NCBI RefSeq assembly: GCF_001194135.2
Contig: NC_068994.1
Location: forward strand, 29,476,731 to 29,540,730
Source: Octopus bimaculoides
Lineage: Eukaryota
DNA length: 64,000 bases
Direction of reading: 5' to 3'
The notes below the pieces were generated by a model, which saw only the letters and a list, made by a program, of their open reading frames with translations, made no database searches and was not told the DNA's origin. Positions 11,206 to 23,944 of the stretch are shown here, in pieces (the first letter of the stretch is position 1; each line of letters opens with the position of its first letter). Both the position numbers and the translations under genes were made by a program.

Positions 11206-12539
11206 CTTGCTGGGGCAGCCTGCTGGAGCCTAGCAGCAGGTATAAAAAAGGGGAATTTGACAAGACAGTCAGTCGGACGCTGACACTCGTTGATGCTGCA
11301 TCGAAGAGGCCAGGGAATAGAAGAAAGAAGACATTCACCCAACACCAGAGCTGAGGACACCTCCAAAAGGAGAGGCCCCGCCACGTCAAAACGGTAGAGG
11401 AGTAGGGGCCAAAACCGGACGTGGTTCCTCCTGATGACGTCTTGAGCTAACTGGATCCTATAAAGGAGCTGTTGTGGTAGCAGACCACGAAACATGGTTG
11501 AAATTCCTCTGAGTTGACACTTCATGATCAGAAATCACTTTGGCGTATTATGCAATTCAGGAATTACTTGTTTGCATCAATTTGTGACATATCAAATTAT
11601 TCCATACTCCATAGAGGATGTTCAACAAGTAGTTGGTTCTTGTAATGCATGCACAGAATGCAAAATAAAATTCCATCATCCAAATAATAGACACCACTAG
11701 TCAGTCTCTTAAACTGCAAATCAACTTCAAATGACCCCCTTGTATCAGCAAAAGTCGATATTTTCTTAACATAGTGGATGAATATTCCAGGTTTCCTTGC
11801 TTAAAAAATTGTAAATTGTCTTTGCCAGTGGTTTTTTGTTTGCCTGCTCATTCATTTCAGTCGTGGAGCCTCTTTTATGAGTCTGGAAGTGCACAATTCC
11901 TCACTGGTAAAAGAATTTCTTGGTTATTACTTTGAAAGTATTGAGAGGTGGTGAGGGTCAATAAAGTAATTTGGGAATTAATTAGAATAGTTTAAAAGCA
12001 ATGTTTTCCAATAGGGTCTGTATTGCCCTTTAGTGGTAGTCATTTGGAGTTATGAGTGTCGTGAGTGGGGTGCATGAACAAATTTATATATCATCATCAG
12101 TGAAATAAAGATAAGAAAAGAACATCAAACTATGCTAACAAATCTGATTATCTTTTAATATACCTAATTATATTTTAGTTTAAAAGTGGTTTTAATTAAT
12201 ACCATGGTGCATTCCATGCACAAAGACCTGAAGATTTTCACTGTAGCCTAACATCTTTCTTGGTGTGCCTGTGTGGATTTTTCAGTCAAGCCGTCTCTTG
12301 GTGAGGCTTTTCAGGAAAATCCGTCCACCTTTGAGTGAAGATGTCCATGTCCTTTATTTCAATTAATAATTTCTTAGATACACTCAAATAGCAATATATC
12401 AAAATAAATTGTCTGTTACTGGGTACAGCAGGTCATTCAAGGAACCTAAACCTAATTTTTTTTAAGCATTTCCTTGTTTCCTAAAATCTCAAACAAATTG
12501 GCAACATTAGCTAAAAGTATAAGCTATGCTCTGAGGAGA

Positions 12540-13320
12540 ATGGATGGTTGACTCTTTCAGCCATCAGTAAGTGAATGACTAATAGGTTTGAATTGATGGA
12601 ATGTTGGAAAAATCCAATTGTGGAATCAAGCATTTTAAAACCTGAAATTCTGACAATAGCAATCCTTTACCTACTACACTGCTATCAACTTGAATGGCTG
12701 GTATCTCAGTAGAATCAGTATGAAGTAGTTCCTCTTTATCCTGAGCATTCTTTATGTTCAACAGATAAAATGTTAGAAATTTCATAATAGTACTTCCATG
12801 CCACTTTCAAATCTTCCACAGAAACAGTGAGCCTACCTCTATCATTCCAAATAGATTTCTCTCCAATATATTGTCTTGTAATCCCAAAGAGTTCACGCAT
12901 CATGTAAAAATCTCTTCTTTTCTGTCTCACTCTTAGCCAAGTATAAATGTCGCATAGGTGCTCTTCTAGCTATTTGATAATGCTCTCAACTACCACCTAA
13001 CTCTAGTTTTTTTCCAAGCCTGTCTCTTATCCTTTATTGCTCTATCAAACATATCATTCCACCACATCACTTTTTGTTTGGTTGTGATTTTGCCCCAGCC
13101 ACAGGTTTGCTCTGTAGCCTCAAACAGGTTATTTCGTAGGAATACCCTGTTGACGTCTATGCTACAGGTGTCTAAATCTTTCTTACTACAGTCATATGTG
13201 TCAATTAGAATTTTTAAAGACCTATGCTCAATTGCAGTATCTTTTAACTGCCTTCCTTCTCTATATCGCCATCTGTTCCTGTGCCTACCAAGCTCTGGTT
13301 TTGAAGTCCTAAGCCACTAA
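12540..13320 (-). mobile_element. Old divergent RTE-like LINE fragment
   Basis: RQYIGEKSIWNDRGRLTVSVEDLKVAWKYYYE parallels DVVGEKCVRMDDSSLALNEAAKKEVWRCHYE of the young RTE copy. Confidence 0.5.
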
Positions 13321-13457
13321 ACTATGCTGCATAGTATATGAATATTTTCCCTTCAGTTTTGTATATTTTCATATAACCATAAAATACTGGCCATTTTGTT
13401 CTACAGTTATTTCTCTTTTCCTACTCTTTAGAGAGGTGATGATGATATACAAACAAA

Positions 13458-13720
13458 TCTATATAAATAAAAGTGAAATCTTGTCTGTCCAGGACCCCTG
13501 TATCTCTGTCTGCATTTGCTCTACATAGACATATTATACCTTTTTGGAATCAGGATTATCCTGAGATTGAAAATCTACTCTTCCTTTGGTTTTTGAACAT
13601 CCAGCATGGGAATCTGATTAAAAAGCATTTGGGTTGCTATTTTTAGCAGGTCAACCATGAGTGGTTTCAATGATATAGTACAAGAGTTACCTCCCTTAGC
13701 TTTAAGCTTCAGTAAGGAAT
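13458..13720 (+). mobile_element. Non-autonomous Helitron-like repeat; second copy ~55395-55653 (minus)
   Basis: Both copies start A|TCTATAT(A/T)AATAAAAGTGAAATC..TGTCTGTCC and align for ~250 bp; 3' CTRR terminus not clearly seen. Confidence 0.45.
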
Positions 13721-14159
13721 TTAGTGGTTCTTTTATCTTTTCCAGTCATCAGACTGGACACCACCTTGAAGAATTTTTATTGAACAAATCAACACCAGTT
13801 CTTTCTTTTATGTCTGGTACTTTTTTTTTATTGGCCTCTTCTACCAAACCACTAAGTCACATGAACGTAAACACACCAATTATCAGGTGATGGTGAGAGA
13901 CAAACACAGACACAAAACCACAATATATATATCTTCTATTCAAATCTTAAAAGAAGTCCAAAAATTTGTGAACTTACAAGTTTTTCATTTAAACTAAATT
14001 TAAAGTGAAACCATATTGGTAGGATAATACCAAATTGGTAGGGTACCAATAAATGCTTTATTATTATTGCTCACTACAGTTTGGGGCTGCAGGCCCAATT
14101 AGCCGTCTACAGGAGCTAGCTTAAGTTGATTTTCTCAAATACCCTAGTGGCTCTCTGGA

Positions 14160-15465
14160 AATAGTGGATAATTTCTGCTACCTAGGGGAACTAATTAGCA
14201 GTGGAGGAAGATGTATAGAAACAGTAATTGCTAGAATAAGAATAGGATGGAGAAAATTCAGGGAGTTTTTACCTCTGTTGGCAACCAAAAGTCTCTCTCT
14301 CTCTCTCCAATTGAAAGGAATACTGTACGATTCATGTATACAAACAGCAATGCTATATAGTAGTGAGACATGAGCCCTGAATGTAGAGAACATGCAAAGA
14401 CTAGAGAGGAACGAAGTCAGTGTACATGTGCGACAAACAGTTGGAGTATTGAAAGAAAAGTTAGGCATAAGAGGAATTTACATGCAATGTGCAAGAGAGA
14501 AGACTACACTGGTTTGGTCATGTGATGCATAAAGAAGTGCTAATCACTTAAAGTGGAAGGAACTTGTGGAAAAGGGAGATCCAGGAAGGCATAAAACAAA
14601 GTAATGAAAGCCAATCTCAAGACGACAAAGAATTGAGATGTCTGCTGCCTTGCTATACTAAAGACACCACAGCAGAATTGTTATCCTAAAACCACCTTGG
14701 TAATGCTTGTTTGTGAGGGGCTCCACCCCACACCCACCTGCATCCTCTCTGTCCCATCAACCATTTCCCCTATTATTTCATTCCCTAACACCAATTACTT
14801 CGCTATCACCAGAGCAGAATAGGCACATACTACATCCCACTGGTTTCTTAGTTACCTTCCTTCCCCCACCCTGAACCACTTCCATATCCCATTACCTTTC
14901 CCTGCTTACTGTCTCCACCAATCACCTCCTTTTTGTGCCTTCTCTTCTGTGTTGTTAACACCTTGCTATCACCCACAATGCCCTCACATATCTATTACAT
15001 CCCCCACCCCTGAGTCTCTCCTATATTCACTCTACCATCTACCACAGTCACATGTCCACACACATCTTTGCTGCTTCTATGTCACTACTGCTCTCTTTAT
15101 CTTGCCTCCTTTCTTTTCCAATTGGGGTATCCATGTATCTACTCTACAGCAAGACACCTATTCCTGTTCCTCTATACCTTTAATCTCTCGTCAAGTGATA
15201 CAAAACTACCCCACACAATACTAGTCACCATTCCCAGCTAAGGGATTTGTTCTACAAGTTACTAGGTGACCCTGTCAGTGCTGGTGCCATGTAAAAAGCT
15301 CCTAGCACATTCTATAAAGTGGTTGGTATTAGAAACAGCATCCAGTCACAGAAACTGTGCCAAAGTATACGATGGCAGCTAGTGCAGCTTCTAGCCTTAC
15401 CAGCTCCTGTCAAACCATCCAACTCATACCAGAAGGGAAAATGAACATTAAATGATAAAGATGAT
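14160..15465 (+). mobile_element. 5'-truncated RTE LINE (ORF2 C-terminus plus CT-rich 3' UTR and gat tail)
   Basis: DNFCYLGELISSGG...ARIRIGWRKFREFLPLLATK...MLYSSET; ends acattaaatgataaagatgat. Confidence 0.75.
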
Positions 15466-15564
15466 ATTTCAATATATGTGCTCAACAGTCTGTACTTGAC
15501 TGTAGACAATAAGTCAAGATTTGCAAAAGAAAGATTTCAGATATTTAAAGTTCAGTTTAAAAAC

Positions 15565-16850
<1,286 letters not shown>

Positions 16851-16954
16851 TCTTCATTAGCTTACAGCTGTTTCCACTATAAGTTGTGGTGGACTCCACA
16901 GCACCTTATAGCAGAAACAACTGTAAGCTATTGAAGTTCATAAGATAATCATTT

Positions 16955-17385
16955 ATCTCTTTGTCATCTCAAGTGTCTTCTACTATAGCCTCAAGCCAAC
17001 CAAAGCCTTGTGAATGGATTTGGCAGATGGAAACTGAAAGTAGTGTGTCATATATATATATATATACATCATCATCATCGTTTAAAGTCCGCTTTCCATG
17101 CTAGCATGGGTTGGACGATTTGACTGACGACTGGTGAACCAGATGGCTACACCAGGCTTCAATATATATATATATGCATATGTGTTGAGTGTCTTTATGT
17201 CTGTGTTTATTACCCTTCACCCTCACTGCCCAATAACTGTTCTAAGAATGTTTACTTAGTGTTTTGGCAAAAGAGATCCATAGAATAAATATCAGGCTTA
17301 AAAAATATAAATACTGTAGTCAATTCGTTCAACTAAAATTCTTCAAGGCAGTGCCCCAGCATGGCCGCAGTCTAATGACTGAAAC
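16955..17385 (+). mobile_element. SINE family 1 with an RTE 3' tail (~17067-17160, minus) inserted in its central (TA)n
   Basis: SINE 5' part to ~17050, catcatcatcatcgtttaaagtccgctttccatgctagc tail, SINE 3' part from ~17175. Confidence 0.7.
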
Positions 17386-18863
17386 AATATATATATATAT
17401 ATATATATATAGTAAAAATAGGACTCAAAACCTTAAAATGCTGTGAATGAATATTTATTGCGTAGTTTAGCTTGACATGGTTATAATAATGAGACATACA
17501 TTACATGTAATGAAACTATAGATGATTGGATGCATCTAGTTATGTAAAGGAAAGCATAAAATATATTAGGATGCCAACTCAGTTCAATACAAAAAAATTA
17601 GAAAAGAAAAACTAATAAAGGCTGAAATATGAAAGAGTGAACATTGAGGACTTATTGCTGTGAATAAAACCATGACAAAATTGTCTCCCGTCACAATAAG
17701 AAAAAAACTGTCAAGTGCCAGGATTGTTGTCTCATCAGAAATTTCTTTGCCATTTTGAATTTAGCACAAAATGTTTTAAAAGTCGTAGACTGGGCTTAAA
17801 ATAACCCAAAATAAAAATTTTGCTATTAAATTTTGCAAAAATATGTTTCTTGTAGTTCGATTCTAATTTATTTTCTTGAAAATTTAATGACATCGAATAA
17901 GATATTTCACTACTAATTTCTGGCTCATTTTTGACGATGTAATTGCAATAGCATCACTTCACAATAGCAACTGCTTTGTTCAAGTTTCACATTCAGTCTT
18001 AAATTGACAAAAGTAGATCTAACCCAATCCAAAGTCTTAGTTCAGTTAGGGTGGAAGTGATTGCATATTCAGGAAAATCTGGCAACCCAGTTATACTTTT
18101 AAATGTTACTCTTTTATACTGAAATTCTGCTCATCAGTAGGAATTTTTTCAGTAAATTAAGTGTTTGCAGTTTGTGTTCATAGTTTCTCCAATTTTAGGT
18201 TGATCTGCCATAGCTAAAGAGAAAGAGGCAACAGATGAGCAATTATGACTCATATATGCAATTTGACTTCCCTCTATTATTTAATAGTTTCAATGTTAGA
18301 CTTTATGCCACCCCTTCATTGCATGGGTGTTTGCAATCGCATACAACATTTAGGACAGGCTTTGGTACAAATGTGACTAATCAGTGGCTATCATTCGAAT
18401 GAGTATGGCACCACTTATTTGGCATCACTGTGAGCATATTCCTCTTTGTGTATGAGGAGAAGGAAAGTGTTTTTTTCACTTGTGTTCAGTTAATAAACTG
18501 TAATATCTCTCTTGCTCTGTCTTACTCTATCTGTATGTGCATATTTCGGCATGTGCGTGTGTTTGCCTCCAGTGCTAAAAAATGCCATTGTCCAAACAGG
18601 CTAAATGTCCAGTAAGCCACACCAAATCATTTCCTTCTGCAGTCAAGTGCATCTGCATGTTATTTCCAGTTCATTCACATTATAAAATGCTTAAGTTTTC
18701 CTTTGACTAATAGTGAGATGTCACAGATCCATCTGGTCTCTTGATGGCTGAGCTAATGATAAAGACAATTCATTTATTTATACACAAATGTTCTTTTTGA
18801 CACTATCTCACTTCACAGATTTGCTTAACTAATCCAGTTATTCAACTTTGGATTACATACATT

Positions 18864-19477
18864 GGCACTATCATGCTATTAGCTGTCAGAAGTGAAAGTG
18901 CTCACTGCCTGCTAGTGAAGTATCTGTCTGTCTGCCTGTCTGCCTGCATGCCTGTTGCTGGCCTGTCGATTGAGCGAGCTATATGTCTGTCTGTCTCTCT
19001 CTCTATCTATCTATTACTCGAAAGTTCGCGCGTCCGTGCTAGCTAGTCGTGAGTAGAAAACACAAATTTAATATAAAAACATATTTCCTGAAATTGCAAA
19101 TTATTTAAAATATAAAAATATAATTTTCAACAGAGAGAATTTATCAAAATAGAAAACAAATGAAGTTTGAAGTTTAAAAATAATAGGATCGACCACTCAC
19201 GACTAGCTAGCGCGGACGCGAGTACCCTTATACTCTGTGTTTTCAAACGCATGGATATAGGTGTCAAATTTGTTCCAATAACTTTCGAGTAATAGATAGA
19301 TAGAGAGATAGAGAGAGAGAGAGACAGACAGACATATAGCTCGCTCCGGCCAGTCATGGTATTAGCTGTCAGTAGCCAAAGAATCGACAGGCCAGCAACA
19401 GGCATGCAGGCAGACAGACAGATACTTCACTAGCAGTGAGCACTTTCACTTCTGACAGCTAATAGCATGATAGTGCC
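18864..19477. mobile_element. 614-bp foldback MITE with ~200-bp TIRs and perfect 8-bp TSD (Merlin-like)
   Basis: Termini GGCACTATCATGCTATTAGC...GCTAATAGCATGATAGTGCC; TSD CATACATT at 18856-18863 and 19478-19485. Confidence 0.88.
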
Positions 19478-20689
19478 CATACATTCTCTGAGAAACTTTC
19501 CCTCATAGACACATATTACAAGCTCACTATTTCTTCCATCTTTATGTTTTGAGTTCAACTTCTGCTGAGGTCAACTTTGTCTTTCCTCTTTTCATGGTTA
19601 ACAGAAGTACCAATTGAGCACTTACCACCACACCTGAAATTGTTGAACCTGTGCAAAAATTTGAAGCCAATATTACAAGCACACTAGAAATATGATGTTC
19701 TCAATCACACACAGCTTCAGATTGAAAGTATCTAAAATGTGAACAACTTTTTTAAAAAATTGTGTGGCATTTTTATTTAAATTTATTCTAATAACTAACA
19801 CACATACATACTTGCTTTTCACTTGTAGTATCAGTTGAGTCCTTCAAAATCAAAGAGAACTGCTTATTAGTAAGGGTAAACCAACAGTATTTTCTTAAGT
19901 GCTGTGCATTTATATTATGCAAGTTCAAATCAGTTGCTATTGACGATGAAGTAAATCTTTTATAAATGATGCTACAAATACTCTCATGAAAAACTACAAA
20001 CAGCCAGAGCAGCTGATTGTAGTCCTCACCAAAGTACAATAGAGATGAATTGATCTTTCGAGTGATTCACTGTTCAGTATAGCTTAGGATAACTATCACC
20101 AAAGTTAATGGTGTCAATGGGAGCAACAGTAAAACTGGGAAAATTTCAGCAGCTGTTAACTATAGACAATTTGGAGAGCAAGAGAAAGGTTTAAGATTCA
20201 AGGTTAGTTTTTATAACTTTATTGAACTATCAACATTATTGTAAAGGTACAGAATATGGTATTGCTACAGGTTCTCAATCTGCAGAAATAGCAACCAAAT
20301 CACATCCTACTATCCTAGAAGGATGACACATTTGATGAGTAAATCTTCAATAGACAAAAATTGCGATGCTCAGAATTGGAACACCTTTGATTATAGATCT
20401 ACTCAATCAATGTTGAACATTGATTAATGAACAACAATAACAAACAAGATGATACAGTGGACTCCAAAAGATCATGCAATAAAGGTGGTAAACTATTGAG
20501 ATGTTCAAAGTTTTGTTGACTAACTAGCAACTAATCATTAAGATTGCCAAGTTCTGCTGACAAACTAGTATCACAGTATTGAAATCTATGAGTCATTCAA
20601 TCAAACATTAAGACTGTTGTCATTAAAACCAAGTTACTGGTATGCTCTATCTCAGGTGTATCAAAATACAGGCGTTGGTATCTAGGATT

Positions 20690-21190
20690 GTGTAAGTTAT
20701 GTATAGAGACAATATTTTGTTATAACTAGTAGTGAATCAGTTTTCTTATCTGGAAAGTATCCATGCTCAATATGTAGAAAAAGAACAGGTAGGAATACCA
20801 TACAGTGTACACAAAGTCAACTATGTGTGCACAAGAGGTTAGTGGGAGCATAGGGAGATTAATGTAAACAAAAGATTTCTACATAGTAGATACACAGGAA
20901 TAGTTAAAAGTAGGAGCAACATTGAAATAAATTTTTTTTAATGCTTAGAAGCCTCCGTATATGTAGGCAATAGCTTCTCTTATCTAAATGACAAAATTAG
21001 AAGTGGAAATGGGTGTAGCAGATGAATAGTACCCAGAGTAAGAAGAGGACTGTTCCCTCTGTTGGCAACAAAGGATTTTTCTATCATAATGAAGAAGGGT
21101 AAATTGTGGTACTTATATACAAAGTGTGATGCTACACAGTAGTGAAACAGGGTCACTGAGTAAAGACTGGAAAAATGTAAATTGGTTTCC
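20690..21190 (+). mobile_element. Decayed RTE ORF2 fragment
   Basis: Remnants of GKYPCSICRK..GRNTIQCTQ and LNDKISSGNG matching the RTE thumb region. Confidence 0.55.
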
Positions 21191-21202
21191 ACAATTTCGG
21201 GG

Positions 21203-21375
21203 GTGGGGTAAGTTGATTACTTTGACTCTGGTATTCAACTGGTACATATTTCATTGACCCTGGAAGGATGAAAGGTAAAGTTGACCATGGCAGAATTTGA
21301 ACTCAGAACATGAAGATGAATGAAATGCTGCTAAGCAATTTGTTCAGCATAACACTTGTGCCAGCTTGCCACCTT
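21203..21375 (-). mobile_element. tRNA-headed SINE family 2; further copies ~29455-29648, ~29755-29942, ~44495-44680 (minus), ~56428-56620 (plus), partials ~19545 and ~56690
   Basis: A-box-like ggcagaat, B-box-like gagttcaaat, then gccgaggtcgactttgcctttcatcc...gataaaataagtacc core. Confidence 0.7.
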
Positions 21376-21869
21376 TGGAAGATGTAATATTACCATGACA
21401 GAGCAACTTAGATGTAGAGTGAAAGAGAGGCACTGAGCTGGCAAAGGCATAAAATGGGCATAGTTGACATTTGGAGAAAGAAATGCCAGATGTTCAAAAG
21501 AGGAAGGAACTCATGGAAAGTGAAAAGATGAACCAATCTCAAGATGCTAAATTTTACAAAGGAAATGGTGTACTCTGAAAAGTAGAGAGAAAGAATGCTA
21601 GAGAAAACTAGTTCAATTTATGGAAGTATGGAAAAATGAATTTTAAAATGGTGATGATAAAGACAAAAATTTGGTTTATTCAGAAAAAAATCATTGTAGA
21701 AAGTTTCCACAAATTTCATACCTAGAAGTTTTTACCGTTTAAGTTTTTCACTTATGGTTTATGAAACTGAGTCTCTGTAAAAAAAAAATTACAGACAAAT
21801 AACAATGAATAGATCTTTTTTTTAATATATCTATGTATTTGTGGATTACATGAGTAGAAGCTCAGAGAA

Positions 21870-22040
21870 TGGTTTTTCAACATATTTCACCCAAAGAACA
21901 TTTTTCTCCAGTGTGTATTCAGTAGTGTATTACATGTGCAGACTTATTCCCCACATGTTTCACATTGTATCCAATGTCTACTCATTTATCAATGACCTGT
22001 TTATAATTCACAAAGGATTTCCCAAATATTCAGATATAAA
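21870..22040 (-). pseudogene. Decayed zinc-finger remnants downstream of the 14-finger gene; homologous remnant ~3020-3240
   Basis: Minus-strand translation gives GKSFVNY, QCETCG and IHTGEKCSLGEIC fragments with stops. Confidence 0.6.
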
Positions 22041-22318
22041 ACCAATAGATTTCTTTTAAAAGCCATCATATCTAAACATTAACAACTATGCACAGTGGAC
22101 AAATATTGAGTTGGTCTGTTGAAAATATTCTCTGTAAATAGAAGCAAAAAGAACAAAAGAAAAAAAACTGAGAAATAAAGATCCGTCAAATGAGAGTCTA
22201 TGTGTAGACAAGAAGATGAGAAGAATTCAAATGGAATGATTTCTGACATATTTTATCATGTTTTTTAGTCTGTACTTGCTGGTGGGCAAAATGTTTAGAC
22301 TTGCAAGATTAAATTTAA

Positions 22319-22539
22319 CCTGTTAGCATTCAGATTACTTTGTTAAATTTAATACTTATTAATTTGCATTGTTTTAAATTAATCATGCAGTATCTTGTAA
22401 CTTTGAGATTTTAAAGATGTGATTGTTTATCTTTTTAGAATGACATTGCAGTGGGGTGTGAGAGGCCAGATTTTGACAGTTTGAACATAAAACAGGTAGA
22501 ACATTTGGGCTGGATATGATCTGTTTAAATGCTAAAAGG
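22319..22539 (-). mobile_element. Full-length TTAA-flanked piggyBac-like MITE overlapping the ZNF stop codon
   Basis: TTAA at 22315-22318 and 22540-22543; TIRs cctgttagcatt / aatgctaaaagg. Confidence 0.8.
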
Positions 22540-23863
22540 TTAAAGATTTATCTCCGGTATGTATTTGTTTGTGTCTTTTTAAGATACTGTTTGTGATAAA
22601 TAGTTTACCACATATTGCACAGTGATAGTTTTTTTCTCCAGTGTGTATTCGTTCATGGTTTTTTAAATTACTGTTACTGACAAAGGATTTTTCACATATT
22701 TTACAGCAATATGGTTTTTCTCCAGTGTGAATTCGTTTGTGAACTACAAGACTAGAATTTTCTACGAAAGATTTTCCACAGATCTCACAGTGAAATGGTT
22801 TTTCTCCTGTATGTATTCTTTTGTGTTTTGTTAAATCACCATTACTAACAAAAGATTTGCCACACATTTCACAATGATAGGGTTTTTCTCCAGTGTGACT
22901 ACGTTTGTGAATTGTCAATTTAGAATTCTCGGGGAAGGACTTCCCACAAATTTCACAGTGAAATGGTTGTTCTCCAGTGTGAATTGTTCTGTGTGTTTTT
23001 AAGTGACTGCTTTTCATAAATGATTTCCCACAAATTTCACAATGATATGGTTTTTCTCCAGTATGTCTACGTTTATGGAATATAAGACTAGACTTTTCAA
23101 TGAAAGATTTCTCACATATTTCACAGTGAAACTGTTTTTCTCCAGTATGTATTCTTTTGTGCTTTGTTAAATTACTGTTAGAGACAAAATATGTTCCACA
23201 TATTTCACAGTGATAAGGCTTTTCTCCAGTGTGACTATGTTTGTGGATAACAAGACTAGAATTATTGACAAAAGATTTCCCGCATATTTCACAGCAATAA
23301 GGTTTTTCTCCAGTGTGGCTACGTTTGTGGATTTTCAGCTTAGAATTCTCAGAGAACGATTTCCCACACATTTCACAGTGAAACGGCTTCTCTCCAGTGT
23401 GTATCCTTTTATGTCTAGTTAAATTACTGTTATCGACAAAATGTTTTCCGCATATTTCACAATGATAGGGCTTTTCTCCAGTATGACTCCGTTTGTGGAT
23501 TGTAAGCTGAGAATTCTCGGAGAAAGATTTTCCACATATTTGACAGTGAAACGGTTTTTCTCCAGTATGCATTCTTTTGTGACTTGTTAAAATACTGTTA
23601 TAGACAAAATATTTACCACATATATCACAGCGGAAGGGGTTTTCCCTGCCGTGTGTTTCTTTATGCGTTAAGACTTCATGTTCGGAAAAGAATGTTTTCT
23701 TACAAATCTCACAGTGATATTCAGGCATCTTTCTCTGTACTGAGTTTTGTTTAGTAAATGTTCCATTACATAAAGATTCTTCATCACTATACATCTGTGT
23801 ATCTGTATGTATATTGTTGAAAACCGGTTTATTAAAAGTGTCCAAGTAATTAACGTTCTCCAT
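22532..23863 (-). CDS. C2H2 zinc-finger array protein, 443 aa, 14 fingers, single coding exon
   Basis: Uninterrupted ORF with 14 canonical fingers at 28-aa spacing after a 49-aa leader. Confidence 0.93.
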   Translation of the reverse strand: MENVNYLDTFNKPVFNNIHTDTQMYSDEESLCNGTFTKQNSVQRKMPEYHCEICKKTFFSEHEVLTHKETHGRENPFRCDICGKYFVYNSILTSHKRMHTGEKPFHCQICGKSFSENSQLTIHKRSHTGEKPYHCEICGKHFVDNSNLTRHKRIHTGEKPFHCEMCGKSFSENSKLKIHKRSHTGEKPYCCEICGKSFVNNSSLVIHKHSHTGEKPYHCEICGTYFVSNSNLTKHKRIHTGEKQFHCEICEKSFIEKSSLIFHKRRHTGEKPYHCEICGKSFMKSSHLKTHRTIHTGEQPFHCEICGKSFPENSKLTIHKRSHTGEKPYHCEMCGKSFVSNGDLTKHKRIHTGEKPFHCEICGKSFVENSSLVVHKRIHTGEKPYCCKICEKSFVSNSNLKNHERIHTGEKNYHCAICGKLFITNSILKRHKQIHTGDKSLTF

Positions 23864-23878
23864 ATTTCTCAGAGAATT

Positions 23879-23944
23879 CTTAAAAGCTGGGTGTCTGTTT
23901 ACATGATCGGAAAATATTCAATCTAAATTACATTTTCTACTTAC
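23879..23944 (-). other. Predicted 5' UTR intron of the 14-finger gene (66 nt)
   Basis: GTAAGTAGAAAA donor and cttttaAG acceptor 15 nt before the ATG, positionally conserved with the paralog. Confidence 0.6.

Larger units (their letters stand above)
8990..12010 (+). mobile_element. Heavily decayed Gypsy LTR retrotransposon gag-pol, interrupted by insertions and a gap
   Basis: Remnants in Gypsy order: gag, zinc knuckle (KGHLDDVC), protease (VNGLIESD), RT (DTYPL...FEVFSS), integrase (PYSIEDVQQVVGSCNACTECK; RYFLNIVDEYSRFP). LTRs not identified. Confidence 0.65.

Noticed and set aside
10467-11525. Long ORFs of 266-352 aa (also 44136-44545, 45422-46544, 52272-53488)
   Set aside because: They run through N gaps and are mostly X; they are not real ORFs.
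17560-18850. Possible DNA-transposon or Helitron coding remnant, or the missing 5' part of the ZNF pseudogene
   Set aside because: No recognisable motif in any frame and no match to the ZNF leader or upstream blocks.
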